DNA from: Candidatus Arthromitus sp. SFB-mouse-Japan
Lineage (GTDB): Bacteria; Bacillota; Clostridia; Clostridiales; Clostridiaceae
Direction: 5' to 3'
NCBI RefSeq assembly: GCF_000270205.1
Contig: NC_015913.1
Coordinates: 870,001-902,000, forward strand
DNA length: 32,000 bases
Positions 17,742 through 27,770 of the stretch are shown here, piece after piece (within the stretch, counting starts at the first letter, position 1; the number at the start of each line of letters is the position of its first letter). The notes beneath the pieces were generated by a model that was given only the letters and a program-made list of their open reading frames with translations, was not told where the DNA came from and did no database searches. The position numbers were made by a program, and so were the translations under genes.

Positions 17742-18464
17742 TTATTTAATAAAAATAAATGAGAATATTCTGTTTAAAGATTTTGGATCTTTTCTATATG
17801 AATAAAATTTTACATCATTACTACAATGAACACAATAATCTATAACATTTATATTCTCAAGCGGAATATTACAATTCAATACAGAAGTCTTAATACATTC
17901 CAATAGATTAAGATTATTTCCATTAAATATATTATTATTTTGTTTAAATTTATAATGCTCACTAAACTTACGTTTAAGCTCCTCTCCAATTTCATAACAA
18001 CAAACTTTATTATGAGGTCCTATATAAATAACTATATCATTAATATTTGAATAATATTTTTCTAAAAAAATATTAATTGCATTTACTGTTATTTCGTTAT
18101 AAGTTCCCTTCCATCCACTATGTAAAATCGATACAATATATTTTTGAGAATCAAATAAAAATATAGGGACACAATCTGCAGTAAATACACCTATCCCATA
18201 ATTCCTTTCTTGTGTTATTAATCCATCAGCTTCTATACCACTTGAAAAATTTTTATCACATTCAACAACAGTACTACCATGTATTTGAGATGCTACAAAT
18301 ACATCGTGTAAATCAAATTTTTTCTTAATAAAATTTATATTTTTATTATAGTTTTTAAGATTTGGGTGTATTCCAAATTCAGAATTAGCTGTGGTAATAA
18401 CAAAACAAATATTATTTACCTGTTTATATAGAAAATATTTATTATCAATTTCTATTAATTCCAT
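17742..18464 (-). CDS. pgeF: Peptidoglycan editing factor PgeF (YlmD/YfiH, DUF152 laccase-domain protein).
   Basis: The motifs ADGLIT, TADCVPIFLFD, ILHSGWKGT and CCYEIGEE are present. I moved the start to ATG 18464, downstream of AGGGTG. Confidence 0.85.
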   Translation of the reverse strand: MELIEIDNKYFLYKQVNNICFVITTANSEFGIHPNLKNYNKNINFIKKKFDLHDVFVASQIHGSTVVECDKNFSSGIEADGLITQERNYGIGVFTADCVPIFLFDSQKYIVSILHSGWKGTYNEITVNAINIFLEKYYSNINDIVIYIGPHNKVCCYEIGEELKRKFSEHYKFKQNNNIFNGNNLNLLECIKTSVLNCNIPLENINVIDYCVHCSNDVKFYSYRKDPKSLNRIFSFIFIK

Positions 18465-18695
18465 AAAAATCACCCTATAACAAACTAAATTAATATACCT
18501 AAGAAATACAAAAATCCTCCAAAAACGATTGAAGGAATTTCAAAAATTTATACAGTTAACAAACTACATAAAACTACTAGAAATAGTATCTTGTCATTTC
18601 CTTTAAAACATAATAACATAACCAAAACAAAAATTACAATAAAATTTAAAACCGAATTATTAATTAATAAAAATATCAAATTTCAAAAAATACCA

Positions 18696-18965
18696 TTAGT
18701 TCCTTGCTTCTAATAATAAATCAATATTGCTTCCATCTACCAATATAACATCTAAACCTATATTTATTATCTTATCCCATGGAATTTCCAAATAATTATT
18801 TTTAAAAAACCATGATCCCTTTGTATAAGAAACTATAATTGATAACACCCTAAATGTATCTGTATCAATAACAAAATCATTTATATATCCTACTTTAGCA
18901 CCTATACTTACATCTATGACTTCCATAGTCTTTAAGTCATTTAATGAAAATGACATATCTAACAT
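18696..18965 (-). CDS. ylmC: YlmC/YmxH-family PRC-barrel sporulation protein.
   Basis: The 89-aa sequence MEVIDVSIGAKVGYINDFVIDTDTFRVLSIIV...IPWDKIINIGLDVILV fits the YlmC/YmxH pattern. An SD AAGGAA lies 7 nt upstream. Confidence 0.8.
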   Translation of the reverse strand: MLDMSFSLNDLKTMEVIDVSIGAKVGYINDFVIDTDTFRVLSIIVSYTKGSWFFKNNYLEIPWDKIINIGLDVILVDGSNIDLLLEARN

Positions 18966-19083
18966 AAAATCATTCCTTTGTATTTAAAAAAATTTTTTAT
19001 TAATCTATATGATTCAATAACTTTATTTATACTATCTAAGTGTTATAATAACCATATAATTATTTATATTGAAAGGATTGTAT

Positions 19084-21205
19084 ATGAATAATCACACTTT
19101 AAAATTTAAAAATATGAATTGTTATGAATGTGCAGGAAAAATTAAAAATGAACTACTAAAATTAAGTTATATATCTAAAGTTGATATAGATGTATTAACC
19201 CAAAATCTTAACTTAGAATTTAAAGATACTTTAAATATAAACCAAAAACTACAAGAAATTATGAAATTATGCATACAAATAGAACCTGATATGAGTTTTA
19301 ACACATCCAATCATCTAAATGAATCTAAAAATAAAATAAACTCCTTAGAAGTCATCTCATTTTCCATAGGTATAATCTTATTTATAATTTCATTTTTTAT
19401 CAAAGAATCTGAATTATCCCAAGCTACACATCAAACTTTAATTTTTAAATTTTATGTATGCTTTGCAAGTTATTTACTAATAGGATTTAATATCTTAAAA
19501 AAAGCAGTTATGAATATAAAAAGAGGGATAATATTTGATGAAAATGCATTGATGATGATTGCAACAATTGGTGCATTAATCATAGGAGAATTTCAGGAAG
19601 CTGTAGCAGTTATGATTTTCTCAAGAGTTGGAGAATTTATACAAGATAGGGCTATCAATAAATCACGATCATCAATATCAAGTCTAATGGACATAAGACC
19701 TGATACTGCAAATTTAGAAACTAATGATTCTATAAAAATTGTTGATCCAAGCAAAGTTAAAATTGGAGATATAATTGTCGTAAAACCTGGTGAAAAAATT
19801 CCTCTAGATGGTGAAATTATACAAGGAATATCACAGTTAGATACAAAAGCATTAACTGGTGAATTTTTAACTAAAGAAGTAACAATTGGAGATAAAGTAA
19901 TATCAGGATGTATAAATATAACATCTCTAATCAAAATAAAAGTAGAATCGGAATTTAAAAATTCAACAGTATCTAGAATTCTTAATCTTGTAGAAAATGC
20001 AAATTCAAAAAAATCAAATACTGAAAATTTTAATAACTAAATTTTCAAAGATTTATACACCTACTGTTATAATAATTGCTTTTATAATTTCAACAATTCC
20101 ACCAATTATTCTAGGTTACAACACTCTATCAGAATGGATCTATAGAGCCTTAATCTTTTTAGTTATATCTTGTCCTTGTGCACTAGTAATATCAATACCA
20201 TTAAGTTTCTTTAGCGGCATAGGTGTAGCATCTAAAAATGGTATACTTATAAAAGCTAGTAATCACTTAGAGGCACTAAATAATTTATCAACTATAGTAT
20301 TTGATAAAACAGGTACACTAACAGAAGGAAAATTTTTTATAACTAAAGTTATACCCAAAAACTGTGAAATAGATGAATTAATAAAATATTCTGTAATGGC
20401 TGAGAGTTTTTCAAATCATCCAATAGCTAAATCCATAATTGATTATTATAACAAACCCATTGATAAGTTAAAAATATATAAATTCGAGGAGATTCCTGGA
20501 TATGGAATCAGTATCTGTATAGACAATGATATTATAATAAGTGGAAATAAAAAGATGATGGATAAATTCAATATTAATGTTGATTTTATAGATGAGAGTG
20601 GAACAAAAGTGTATGTAGCAAAAAATAATACCTATCTCGGATGCATTTTGATATCAGATAAAATAAAACAGAATTCATCTAAAACTATATTTGAATTAAA
20701 AAAGATGAATATAAATAATTTAGCAATGCTTACGGGGGATAATAATAAGACAGCTCAAGCTATAGCAGATACATTAAAAATTACAAAAGTATATTCAGAG
20801 TTGTTACCAGATCAAAAAGTAAAATATGTAGAAGAATTACTATCTAATAAACCTCCAAAATCAACTTTAGCATTTATTGGAGATGGTATAAATGATGCTC
20901 CTTCTCTAGCTATGGCAGATATTGGAATATCTATGGGAAGCATTGGAAGTGATGCTGCTATTGAAGCATCTGATATTGTTTTAATTGATGATGACCCATA
21001 TAAGATAGTAAAGGCAATAAAAATAGCAAAACAAACAAGAACAATTGCTATGCAAAATATAGTATTATCTTTAACCGTAAAAATATTGGTAATAATATTA
21101 GGGGCCTTAGGATTATCATCTATGTGGACAGCTATACTGTCAGATGTTGGTATATCACTTATTGTAATCCTAAATTCAGTTCGTATATTAAAAAATGAAA
21201 TATAA
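19084..21205 (+). pseudogene. cadA: Heavy-metal (Cd/Zn/Co-type, CPC) P1B-type ATPase, split by a +1 frameshift near 20031-20034.
   Basis: Two overlapping ORFs (19069..20040 and 19997..21205) together encode a complete enzyme. The parts are an HMA-like N-terminus (MNCYECAGKI), the TGE actuator motif (ALTGEF), CPC (SCPCALVIS), DKTGTLT and GDGINDAP. Frame 1 ends ...KSNTENFNN*, and frame 2 continues ITKFSKIYTPTV. Removing one base from GAAAATTTTAATAACT restores the expected ENFITKF. The likely start is ATG 19084, after AAAGGA. Confidence 0.85.
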
Positions 21206-21210
21206 ATAAT

Positions 21211-21239
21211 AAGAGGCTATCTATAACAGATAGCCTCTT
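21211..21239. terminator. Shared, bidirectional-looking terminator hairpin between the convergent ATPase and sigG genes.
   Basis: It is an 11-bp perfect stem aagaggctatc/gatagcctctt with a 7-nt loop. The tails are AT-rich rather than clean T-runs on either strand. Confidence 0.5.
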
Positions 21240-21240
21240 A

Positions 21241-22011
21241 TTATATGTACTTTCTCATATGTTTCAAAGCTGTTTTCTCTAACCTGGACACTTGTGCTTG
21301 AGAAATACCAATTTCCTCAGCAACCTCCATTTGAGTTCTTCCAGTAAAAAATCTTAAATTTAATATCATAGTTTCTCTTTTATTTAATTTTTTCATAGCC
21401 TCTTTTATAGATATATCTTCTATCCAATTTTCATAACAATTCTTGGAATCACTTATCTGATCCAACACAAAAATTGAATCTCCTCCATCATGATAAATAG
21501 GCTCAAACAATGATATTGGATCTTGTATAGCATCTAAGGCAAATACAACTTCCTCTCGGGGAATATCTAACTCTTTAGCAATTTGAGATACAGTAGGCTC
21601 TTTATTATTCTCCGACATAAGCTTATCTTTTACGATTAAAGCCTTATATGCTATATCTCTCAAAGATCTGCTAACCCTAATAGCATTATTATCTCTCAAA
21701 TATCTTCTAATTTCTCCTATTATCATAGGAACTGCATAAGTAGAAAATTTAACATTTTGTGTTAAATCAAAATTATCTAAAGCTTTAATAAGTCCTATAC
21801 AACCGACTTGGAACAGATCATCTACATTTTCTCCCCTATTATTAAATCTGTGTATAACACTCAATACTAGCCTCAAATTTCCTTGTATAAACACCTCTCT
21901 AGATTTTGTGTCACCATTTCTCATTTTTAATAAAAGTTCTTTCATCTCTTTGTCCTTAAGCACAGGTAATTTAGCTGTATTAACACCACATATTTCAACC
22001 TTACTTATCAT
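21241..22011 (-). CDS. sigG: Forespore-specific RNA polymerase sigma factor SigG.
   Basis: KVEICGVNTAKLPVLKDKEM...GNLRLVLSVIHRFNNRGENVDDLFQVGCIGLIKALDNFDLTQNVKFSTYAVPMIIGEIRRYLRDNN is almost identical in pattern to Bacillus SigG. Confidence 0.95.
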   Translation of the reverse strand: MISKVEICGVNTAKLPVLKDKEMKELLLKMRNGDTKSREVFIQGNLRLVLSVIHRFNNRGENVDDLFQVGCIGLIKALDNFDLTQNVKFSTYAVPMIIGEIRRYLRDNNAIRVSRSLRDIAYKALIVKDKLMSENNKEPTVSQIAKELDIPREEVVFALDAIQDPISLFEPIYHDGGDSIFVLDQISDSKNCYENWIEDISIKEAMKKLNKRETMILNLRFFTGRTQMEVAEEIGISQAQVSRLEKTALKHMRKYI

Positions 22012-22043
22012 AATATCAGTCCCTTCAGAGTACTTATCCTTCT

Positions 22044-22074
22044 TAGTATTACCGACATCATTCGATATTATTCA
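22044..22074 (-). promoter_or_regulatory. SigF/SigG-type forespore promoter for sigG.
   Basis: On the minus strand, TGAATA (22074-22069), a 15-nt spacer and GGTAATACTA (22053-22044) are present. This fits the published SigF/SigG consensus form (G/T)nATA ... GGnRAYAMTW as I remember it. It lies about 33 nt upstream of the ATG. Confidence 0.5.
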
Positions 22075-22175
22075 TCTTTTTTAACTCTTTTGTAATTTTT
22101 TTGTAGTATTTAAATCATTTAAATATTTATTCATAATAAGCCTTAATTAATCAATTTCAATACATGTAGTATTCT

Positions 22176-22229
22176 CAAAAAATATTTAAGGGAAAATTAC
22201 TACTATATTTAAAGTAATAATTTTCCCTT
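22176..22229 (-). terminator. Rho-independent terminator after sigE.
   Basis: A 16-bp stem (one mismatch), aagggaaaattactac/gtaataattttccctt, is followed on the minus strand by AAATATTTTTT. Confidence 0.6.
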
Positions 22230-22269
22230 AAAATCCTAATAATAAATATAAATTATCTTTATATAAAAA

Positions 22270-22980
22270 CTATAGCATTTTATTTATTTCTTTCTTTAAT
22301 TTTTTAATAATTCTCTTCTCTAATCTGGATATATATGATTGAGAAATTCCTAAAATATCTGCTACTTCCTTCTGGGTTTTTTCTAAGTATCCATTTAAAC
22401 CAAATCTTAAAGATATTATTTCATGTTCTCTATTATTTAATGATTCCATTGCTATAACAAGAAGTCCCCTATCAATTTCCTCTTCAATAAATTCAAAGAC
22501 ATTGCTATCACTAGACCCAAGTATATCAGATAATAATAATTCATTCCCATCCCAGTCTGTATTTAATGGTTCATAAAATGAAATTTCTCCCTTTACTCTA
22601 TTCATTCTCCTTAAATACATTAATATTTCGTTTTCAATGCATCTAGAGGCATATGTTGCTAATTTTATTTTTTTATCTGGATTAAAAGTGTTAACCGCTT
22701 TAATAAGACCAATAGTTCCAACAGATATAAGATCTTCTACCATAATCCCAGTGTTTTCAAATTTCTTGGCAATATATACAACCAATCTTAAATTTCTTTC
22801 TATCAATATTGTTCTTACATTTTCTGTATCAGTTATTAATAATTTATTTATAAGATCATCTTCTTCGTCACGAGTTAATGGTGGCGGTAATGCATCACTA
22901 CTTCCTATGTAAAAAATAGCACGAGTTATACATTTAAACTTGTAAATCAAATTATTAATGAAAATTATTATCTTCCTCAT
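22270..22980 (-). CDS. sigE: Mother-cell sigma factor SigE (pro-sigma-E).
   Basis: It has a pro-sequence followed by [17 protein letters not shown]...[66 protein letters not shown] moved the start to ATG 22980, after GGGGGAAGG. It lies 11 nt downstream of the spoIIGA stop. Confidence 0.95.
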   Translation of the reverse strand: MRKIIIFINNLIYKFKCITRAIFYIGSSDALPPPLTRDEEDDLINKLLITDTENVRTILIERNLRLVVYIAKKFENTGIMVEDLISVGTIGLIKAVNTFNPDKKIKLATYASRCIENEILMYLRRMNRVKGEISFYEPLNTDWDGNELLLSDILGSSDSNVFEFIEEEIDRGLLVIAMESLNNREHEIISLRFGLNGYLEKTQKEVADILGISQSYISRLEKRIIKKLKKEINKML

Positions 22981-22991
22981 TAACCTTCCCC

Positions 22992-23762
22992 CTAAATTAT
23001 GCACCTAGATAATATTGCTTCAAAACGTTTATTAGAATCTAACAATGTGTTGGTTGTACACAAAATAACATCAGCATAAAAATCTCTATTGTTATTTTTA
23101 AAATAAACATTCTTGATCTTTATACCTTCAAAATATGATGTATCCCCCGTTATAACCTTATACGGTATTTTATAAAAATACTTTTCATGATAAAAAACAC
23201 CTGGAATACATCTTTTCTCTACAATTATTACTGGTAAGCCAGATACTGGTTCATATAATTCATTACCTGTATCTAAGAACCCCCTAAATTTATAAATTTT
23301 ATTTTGATAGTTTAATTCTATCTCAAATATGTAATTATTAAAAAATGCACTCCTAGTTATATATTTTTTTACCACGCTATATATGACAAAAACAACAATA
23401 AAAATTATTAATATAATTCTATAATTTATAGTTATTAACCATACATTTAAAAATTTAATAATTCCAAATAATACAAATGATGTGAATAACATACTTACAA
23501 TTATTTGTACAAAATAATAAAGTCTAATGCTAGGCATACATAAAATCAATCCACTTAATATACTTAGTAATGTAATAAATAATAAATAAAGCACAGAATT
23601 TAAATTTATTAAAATCAAACTAGCTATAAATGATGATATGGCAGATGCAATTAATAACCTAAGTAAATTTAATTTTAAATTCAGCATTTTAAAAGACGTA
23701 TATAAAACAAATAAATTAAAAATGAAGTTCTCAAATACAAATAAGTCATAATAAATAACCAT
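22992..23762 (-). CDS. spoIIGA: Sigma-E processing aspartic peptidase SpoIIGA.
   Basis: It has five N-terminal TM segments and the C-terminal protease motif [11 protein letters not shown]. It sits immediately upstream of sigE. I moved the start to ATG 23762, 8 nt after AGGAGG. Confidence 0.9.
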   Translation of the reverse strand: MVIYYDLFVFENFIFNLFVLYTSFKMLNLKLNLLRLLIASAISSFIASLILINLNSVLYLLFITLLSILSGLILCMPSIRLYYFVQIIVSMLFTSFVLFGIIKFLNVWLITINYRIILIIFIVVFVIYSVVKKYITRSAFFNNYIFEIELNYQNKIYKFRGFLDTGNELYEPVSGLPVIIVEKRCIPGVFYHEKYFYKIPYKVITGDTSYFEGIKIKNVYFKNNNRDFYADVILCTTNTLLDSNKRFEAILSRCII

Positions 23763-23890
23763 ATTCAAGTCCTCCTATTTAAATCTCTATATATTATAGG
23801 AGTTATACAATTAAAATTTTGTTGTTTTTACTGTAATCAATATATTTTTTTATGTAATATTTTACAATCTTTATAAACCTATATAATTTC

Positions 23891-23950
23891 AAAAATAAAA
23901 ATAAGAAGACTAGTATTATCATATAAAAATATACTAGTCTTCTTATTTTT
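23891..23950 (-). terminator. Rho-independent terminator after ftsZ.
   Basis: A 16-bp perfect stem ataagaagactagtat/atactagtcttcttat is followed on the minus strand by TTTTATTTTT. Confidence 0.65.
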
Positions 23951-23966
23951 ACCTATAAAATATGTA

Positions 23967-25118
23967 CTATTTATTAAAATCACGTTTCCTTAAGAAAGCT
24001 GGAATGCCATAATCATCATCCTTATCATTAGAATTATTTTTCTTAAAGTCCTTTCTTTCTTCTTGGGATTCCTCTTTTTTATCATCATTGATTGTTTTAG
24101 GAACATCTGTTTTAGTTGTTAAAATCTCTTCCTTTAAAATTTCACTTACTTTTCTATTTATACTTCCTTCAAAACCAGTAGCTATTAAAGTTACTCTAAT
24201 TTCATCTTTTAAATCTTCATCTATAACAGCACCAAACATAAATACAGCATCTTCATCTGTAGATTCCTGAACCATATTCCCAGCTTCATGAATTTCATGC
24301 AACGATAAATCAGGACCACCCGTAACATTCATCAATACACCTGTAGCTCCAATTATAGAAGTTTCTAATAGCGGTGATGATATTGCTTGTTTAGCTGCTT
24401 CTATAGCTCTATTCTCACCAGTACCTCTACCTATACCCATATGAGCAAGTCCCCTATCGCTCATAATAGCCTTAACATCAGCAAAATCTCTATTAACTAT
24501 ACCAGGTATAGTTATAAGGTCTGATATACCTTGAACACCCTGTCTTAAAACATCATCTGCTTTTTTAAAAGCTTCAAGTAATGATGTTTTCTTATCAACC
24601 ATTGTAAGCAATCTTTCATTAGGTATAGTTACCAATGTATCAACCTTACTCATTAAATTCGATATACCCATATCTGCCTGTATCATTCTTTTTCTTCCTT
24701 CAAATGGGAAAGGTTTCGTGACAACACCAACTGTCAATATACCTAATGATTTAGCTATTTCTGCAACGACTGGAGCAGCACCTGTACCCGTTCCTCCTCC
24801 CATTCCTGCAGTTATAAATACAAGTTCAGCTCCTTGTATCGCATCTTTTATCATATCCTTACTCTCTTCAGCAGCCTTCTCACCAATATCTGGATTTGCT
24901 CCAGCTCCAAGACCTCTTGTTAACTTCTCCCCTATTTGGATTTTAGATTCTGCTTTAGATAATCTTAATGCTTGATTATCGGTGTTAACAACAATAAATT
25001 CTACATTTTTAAGACCATCTTCTATCATTCTATTAACAGCGTTCCCACCGCCGCCGCCACATCCAATTACTTTTATTCTTGCGTTTTGAAAAATACTATT
25101 CATATCAAAATCTAACAC
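23967..25118 (-). CDS. ftsZ: Cell division protein FtsZ.
   Basis: The motifs [17 protein letters not shown], the [11 protein letters not shown] tubulin signature and NVTGG are present, along with an acidic/basic C-terminal linker and the conserved tail [11 protein letters not shown]. The start is GTG, 7 nt after GGAGG. Confidence 0.97.
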   Translation of the reverse strand: MLDFDMNSIFQNARIKVIGCGGGGGNAVNRMIEDGLKNVEFIVVNTDNQALRLSKAESKIQIGEKLTRGLGAGANPDIGEKAAEESKDMIKDAIQGAELVFITAGMGGGTGTGAAPVVAEIAKSLGILTVGVVTKPFPFEGRKRMIQADMGISNLMSKVDTLVTIPNERLLTMVDKKTSLLEAFKKADDVLRQGVQGISDLITIPGIVNRDFADVKAIMSDRGLAHMGIGRGTGENRAIEAAKQAISSPLLETSIIGATGVLMNVTGGPDLSLHEIHEAGNMVQESTDEDAVFMFGAVIDEDLKDEIRVTLIATGFEGSINRKVSEILKEEILTTKTDVPKTINDDKKEESQEERKDFKKNNSNDKDDDYGIPAFLRKRDFNK

Positions 25119-25266
25119 ACTAATTCCTCCTATTTATTAGAAAAGCTAAAATTTAAATTTTGTACTAAAAAACTGGAAAATTTATATATAAAAATTTAAA
25201 TACACCGCAGCTTAAAGAACTATGTACACGAGAGATATATTCAACAAAAATCCTTAAACTCCTTGT

Positions 25267-26535
25267 TTAATTCTTAAATTTTTCTAGTTCATTAATACTT
25301 ACATTTCTTGAATGATCTGTATGAAACCATTCTTTTTTATTTTTATTTAAAATTCCCTGTATAGATATAGGCACCCAAGTTATTATATAAAATGGGTATA
25401 TAAATATATAATAAAGTAAAACTTTAAATGTTAGTTTAGAATCTAAATGTATCATTATAGGAGTTATCATAAGTTGAAATATAAAATAGGCTAATGATAT
25501 GAATCTTATAGCTTTAAATTCGAAAATTAATGGTTGTCCCATAAGAACAGCACTTAATGATAACGATAACTTACAAATATTAAACATCGAAACTATTCCA
25601 AGTATAGTTATTACTATAGGTTGTATGGAATATAAGGCACAGTCTAATGCTCTCAAATCTTTATGAGAAAACACCCTTTCTGTTAGCTTCCAAAAATATC
25701 TACTTGATACATCAGCGAATCCTTGCATCCACCTTCTTCTTTGATTCCATGATTGTTTTAATGTAAGAGGCTTTTCATCATAAACCACAGCCTTATAGGC
25801 AAATACAACTCTCATATTATTCATTATTAATTTACAAGTAAACTCTAAATCTTCTGTAAGGCACGTAGCTCCCCATCCAACTTTTTTAAGAGTTTCAATA
25901 TCTAAACAAAATCCTGTACCTGATAGCTGACAAGACAACCCTAAATTATCCCTACATAACTGAAATAATCTATTATTACTCCAAAAAGCTATAGAATAAC
26001 TCATTGTAAGCCAATTATCATTTGGATTTTTACTATCAATATAACCTTGAATAACTTTATGTCCATTATTTAATTTCACATTCATTTCTGTTAAAAAATT
26101 AGGTGATACAATGTTATCAGCATCTAAAACAATAATAGCAGAATATTTATCTCCCATATCAAATATTTTATTAAACATCCATTCTAGAGCATAGCCTTTC
26201 CCTTTATTCTTATCATCAAATCTTTCGTATACTAATGCTCCCTGAGCTAAAGAATATTCTTTTGTTCTATCCGTACAATTATCCGCTATAACAAAAATAT
26301 CATAAAATTCTTTATCGTAATTCAAATTTTTTAAACTATTTAAACTATTAGAAATAACCTTTTCTTCATTATGAGCTGCAATAACAATAGCAAATCTATT
26401 TTTATTTTCAATTTTTCTATTTTCTCTATTTCTCAAAAGAAGACCCAATATTGAAACTGCTAAATAATAAAATGAAATAATATAAACTAAATTTATGATA
26501 ATTGAAGCTATTTTTTCAATCAAATCAAAAAACAA
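25267..26535 (-). CDS. Membrane-embedded family 2 glycosyltransferase of the processive synthase type (PgaC/IcaA/NodC-like architecture).
   Basis: It has one N-terminal TM segment, a GT-A core (IVIAAHNEEKVI, IADNCTDRT, VLDADN, TEDLEF), the QxxRW motif (QRRRWMQG) and about 4 C-terminal TM segments. The start is TTG, 9 nt after GAGGGGG. Confidence 0.85.
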   Translation of the reverse strand: MFFDLIEKIASIIINLVYIISFYYLAVSILGLLLRNRENRKIENKNRFAIVIAAHNEEKVISNSLNSLKNLNYDKEFYDIFVIADNCTDRTKEYSLAQGALVYERFDDKNKGKGYALEWMFNKIFDMGDKYSAIIVLDADNIVSPNFLTEMNVKLNNGHKVIQGYIDSKNPNDNWLTMSYSIAFWSNNRLFQLCRDNLGLSCQLSGTGFCLDIETLKKVGWGATCLTEDLEFTCKLIMNNMRVVFAYKAVVYDEKPLTLKQSWNQRRRWMQGFADVSSRYFWKLTERVFSHKDLRALDCALYSIQPIVITILGIVSMFNICKLSLSLSAVLMGQPLIFEFKAIRFISLAYFIFQLMITPIMIHLDSKLTFKVLLYYIFIYPFYIITWVPISIQGILNKNKKEWFHTDHSRNVSINELEKFKN

Positions 26536-26590
26536 ATTGATATACCCCCTCTTAATAGCTACTTCTCTAAATACATTACTACAATATCAC

Positions 26591-27715
26591 TTAATAATTC
26601 AATATAATTTTTGCAGCAATTTCTTTGTTAGACACATTTTGGACAAAAACTTCCCTTGTTATAAGTCCACATTTATAAGCTTCTATAAGAGAATTATCCA
26701 TGGTATACATACCTAATTTCGTATTATTTTGTATTAAAGTGTATAGATTTTTAATATTATTTTCTTTTATACAATTAGCTATCATCGGAATATTAATCAT
26801 AAATTCAAATAAATACAAGTCTTCTTGATTTTTATCAATAATATTTTTTTGATTAATTATACATCTTAACATGTTTGCCAAAACATTTTTTAAATAAAAT
26901 TTGTTTTTAGGTTCCATTTCAAACAAAGATTCTAATGTATGCTGTATATTATTTAAATATACTGACGCTATAACAAGTACTCCAGCATCACAACACTTCA
27001 TTATTAGTTTTAATACATCATAATTAGGTATATCATCTATAACCAATATATTTGGTCTTTCCCTAAACGCAGATTCAATACCACTTACATATGAATACGT
27101 ATCTGTACCAATTTCTCTCTGATTGACTATAGATTTATTGTGCTTATATAAAATTTCAATAGTTGATTCAAGTGTAATAATATATTTTGAAGATGTTTTA
27201 TTGATTTTTTGAATAATATTTGAAACAGTTAAATTTTTTCCACTATTAATTGATCCAATTATCAATACTAATCCATTATTTAATTGTGATACAAAATTAT
27301 AAATATTATCTGGAATATTAATCTCATTATTAAATTCACTTTTAGATAATATTTTAATTGATATGGCAATGCTATTTCTCTGTTTGAAAATATTTGCTCT
27401 AAATCTCCCAATACCTGACATCGAAAACGATGTATATTTTTCACCAATTTCACATAGCTCTGCAAATTTGTCTCCTAAAATTTCCTTTGCATAACTTATA
27501 AGCTCATCCTGATTTAATATTTTTTCAACTACTAATTCTAAATTCGAGTTAGTGCGTCCCAATATATTCGCGCCAACACTTAAATATATATAGGAGAATT
27601 CTTTATCACAAGCTATTTTTAATATCTGTTGTAATGTTAACATATGTATCGTAAAAGAGCATAAAACTCTTATCCCTCTCTCAAAAATAGATTCTATATA
27701 GTTTATACTTTCCAA
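26591..27715 (-). CDS. PilT-like type IV pilus retraction ATPase homologue with degenerate catalytic motifs.
   Basis: It is collinear with PilT (GIGRFRANIF.., NGLVLIIGSINSGKN, ITLESTIEIL, IVNQREIG, PNILVIDDIPN, AGVLVIASVYL). However, the Walker A S/T, the Asp-box, the Walker B Glu and both His-box histidines are replaced. The start is TTG 27715, 6 nt after AGGTG. Confidence 0.8.
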   Translation of the reverse strand: MESINYIESIFERGIRVLCSFTIHMLTLQQILKIACDKEFSYIYLSVGANILGRTNSNLELVVEKILNQDELISYAKEILGDKFAELCEIGEKYTSFSMSGIGRFRANIFKQRNSIAISIKILSKSEFNNEINIPDNIYNFVSQLNNGLVLIIGSINSGKNLTVSNIIQKINKTSSKYIITLESTIEILYKHNKSIVNQREIGTDTYSYVSGIESAFRERPNILVIDDIPNYDVLKLIMKCCDAGVLVIASVYLNNIQHTLESLFEMEPKNKFYLKNVLANMLRCIINQKNIIDKNQEDLYLFEFMINIPMIANCIKENNIKNLYTLIQNNTKLGMYTMDNSLIEAYKCGLITREVFVQNVSNKEIAAKIILNY

Positions 27716-27732
27716 AAATACACCTATTTATA

Positions 27733-27768
27733 CAAAAATAACCATCTCTAATTATGAGATGGTTATTA
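27733..27768 (-). terminator. Rho-independent terminator after sigK.
   Basis: A 12-bp perfect stem aataaccatctc/gagatggttatt with a 7-nt loop is followed on the minus strand by TTTTTGT. Confidence 0.6.
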
Positions 27769-27770
27769 CA

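Noticed and set aside
20020-20040. I considered programmed +1 ribosomal frameshifting in the P-type ATPase.
   Set aside because: I see no known stimulatory context (an SD-like stimulator or a rare-codon pause) that I can justify. A simple 1-nt indel in an A/T run, or a sequencing error, is the more economical explanation.
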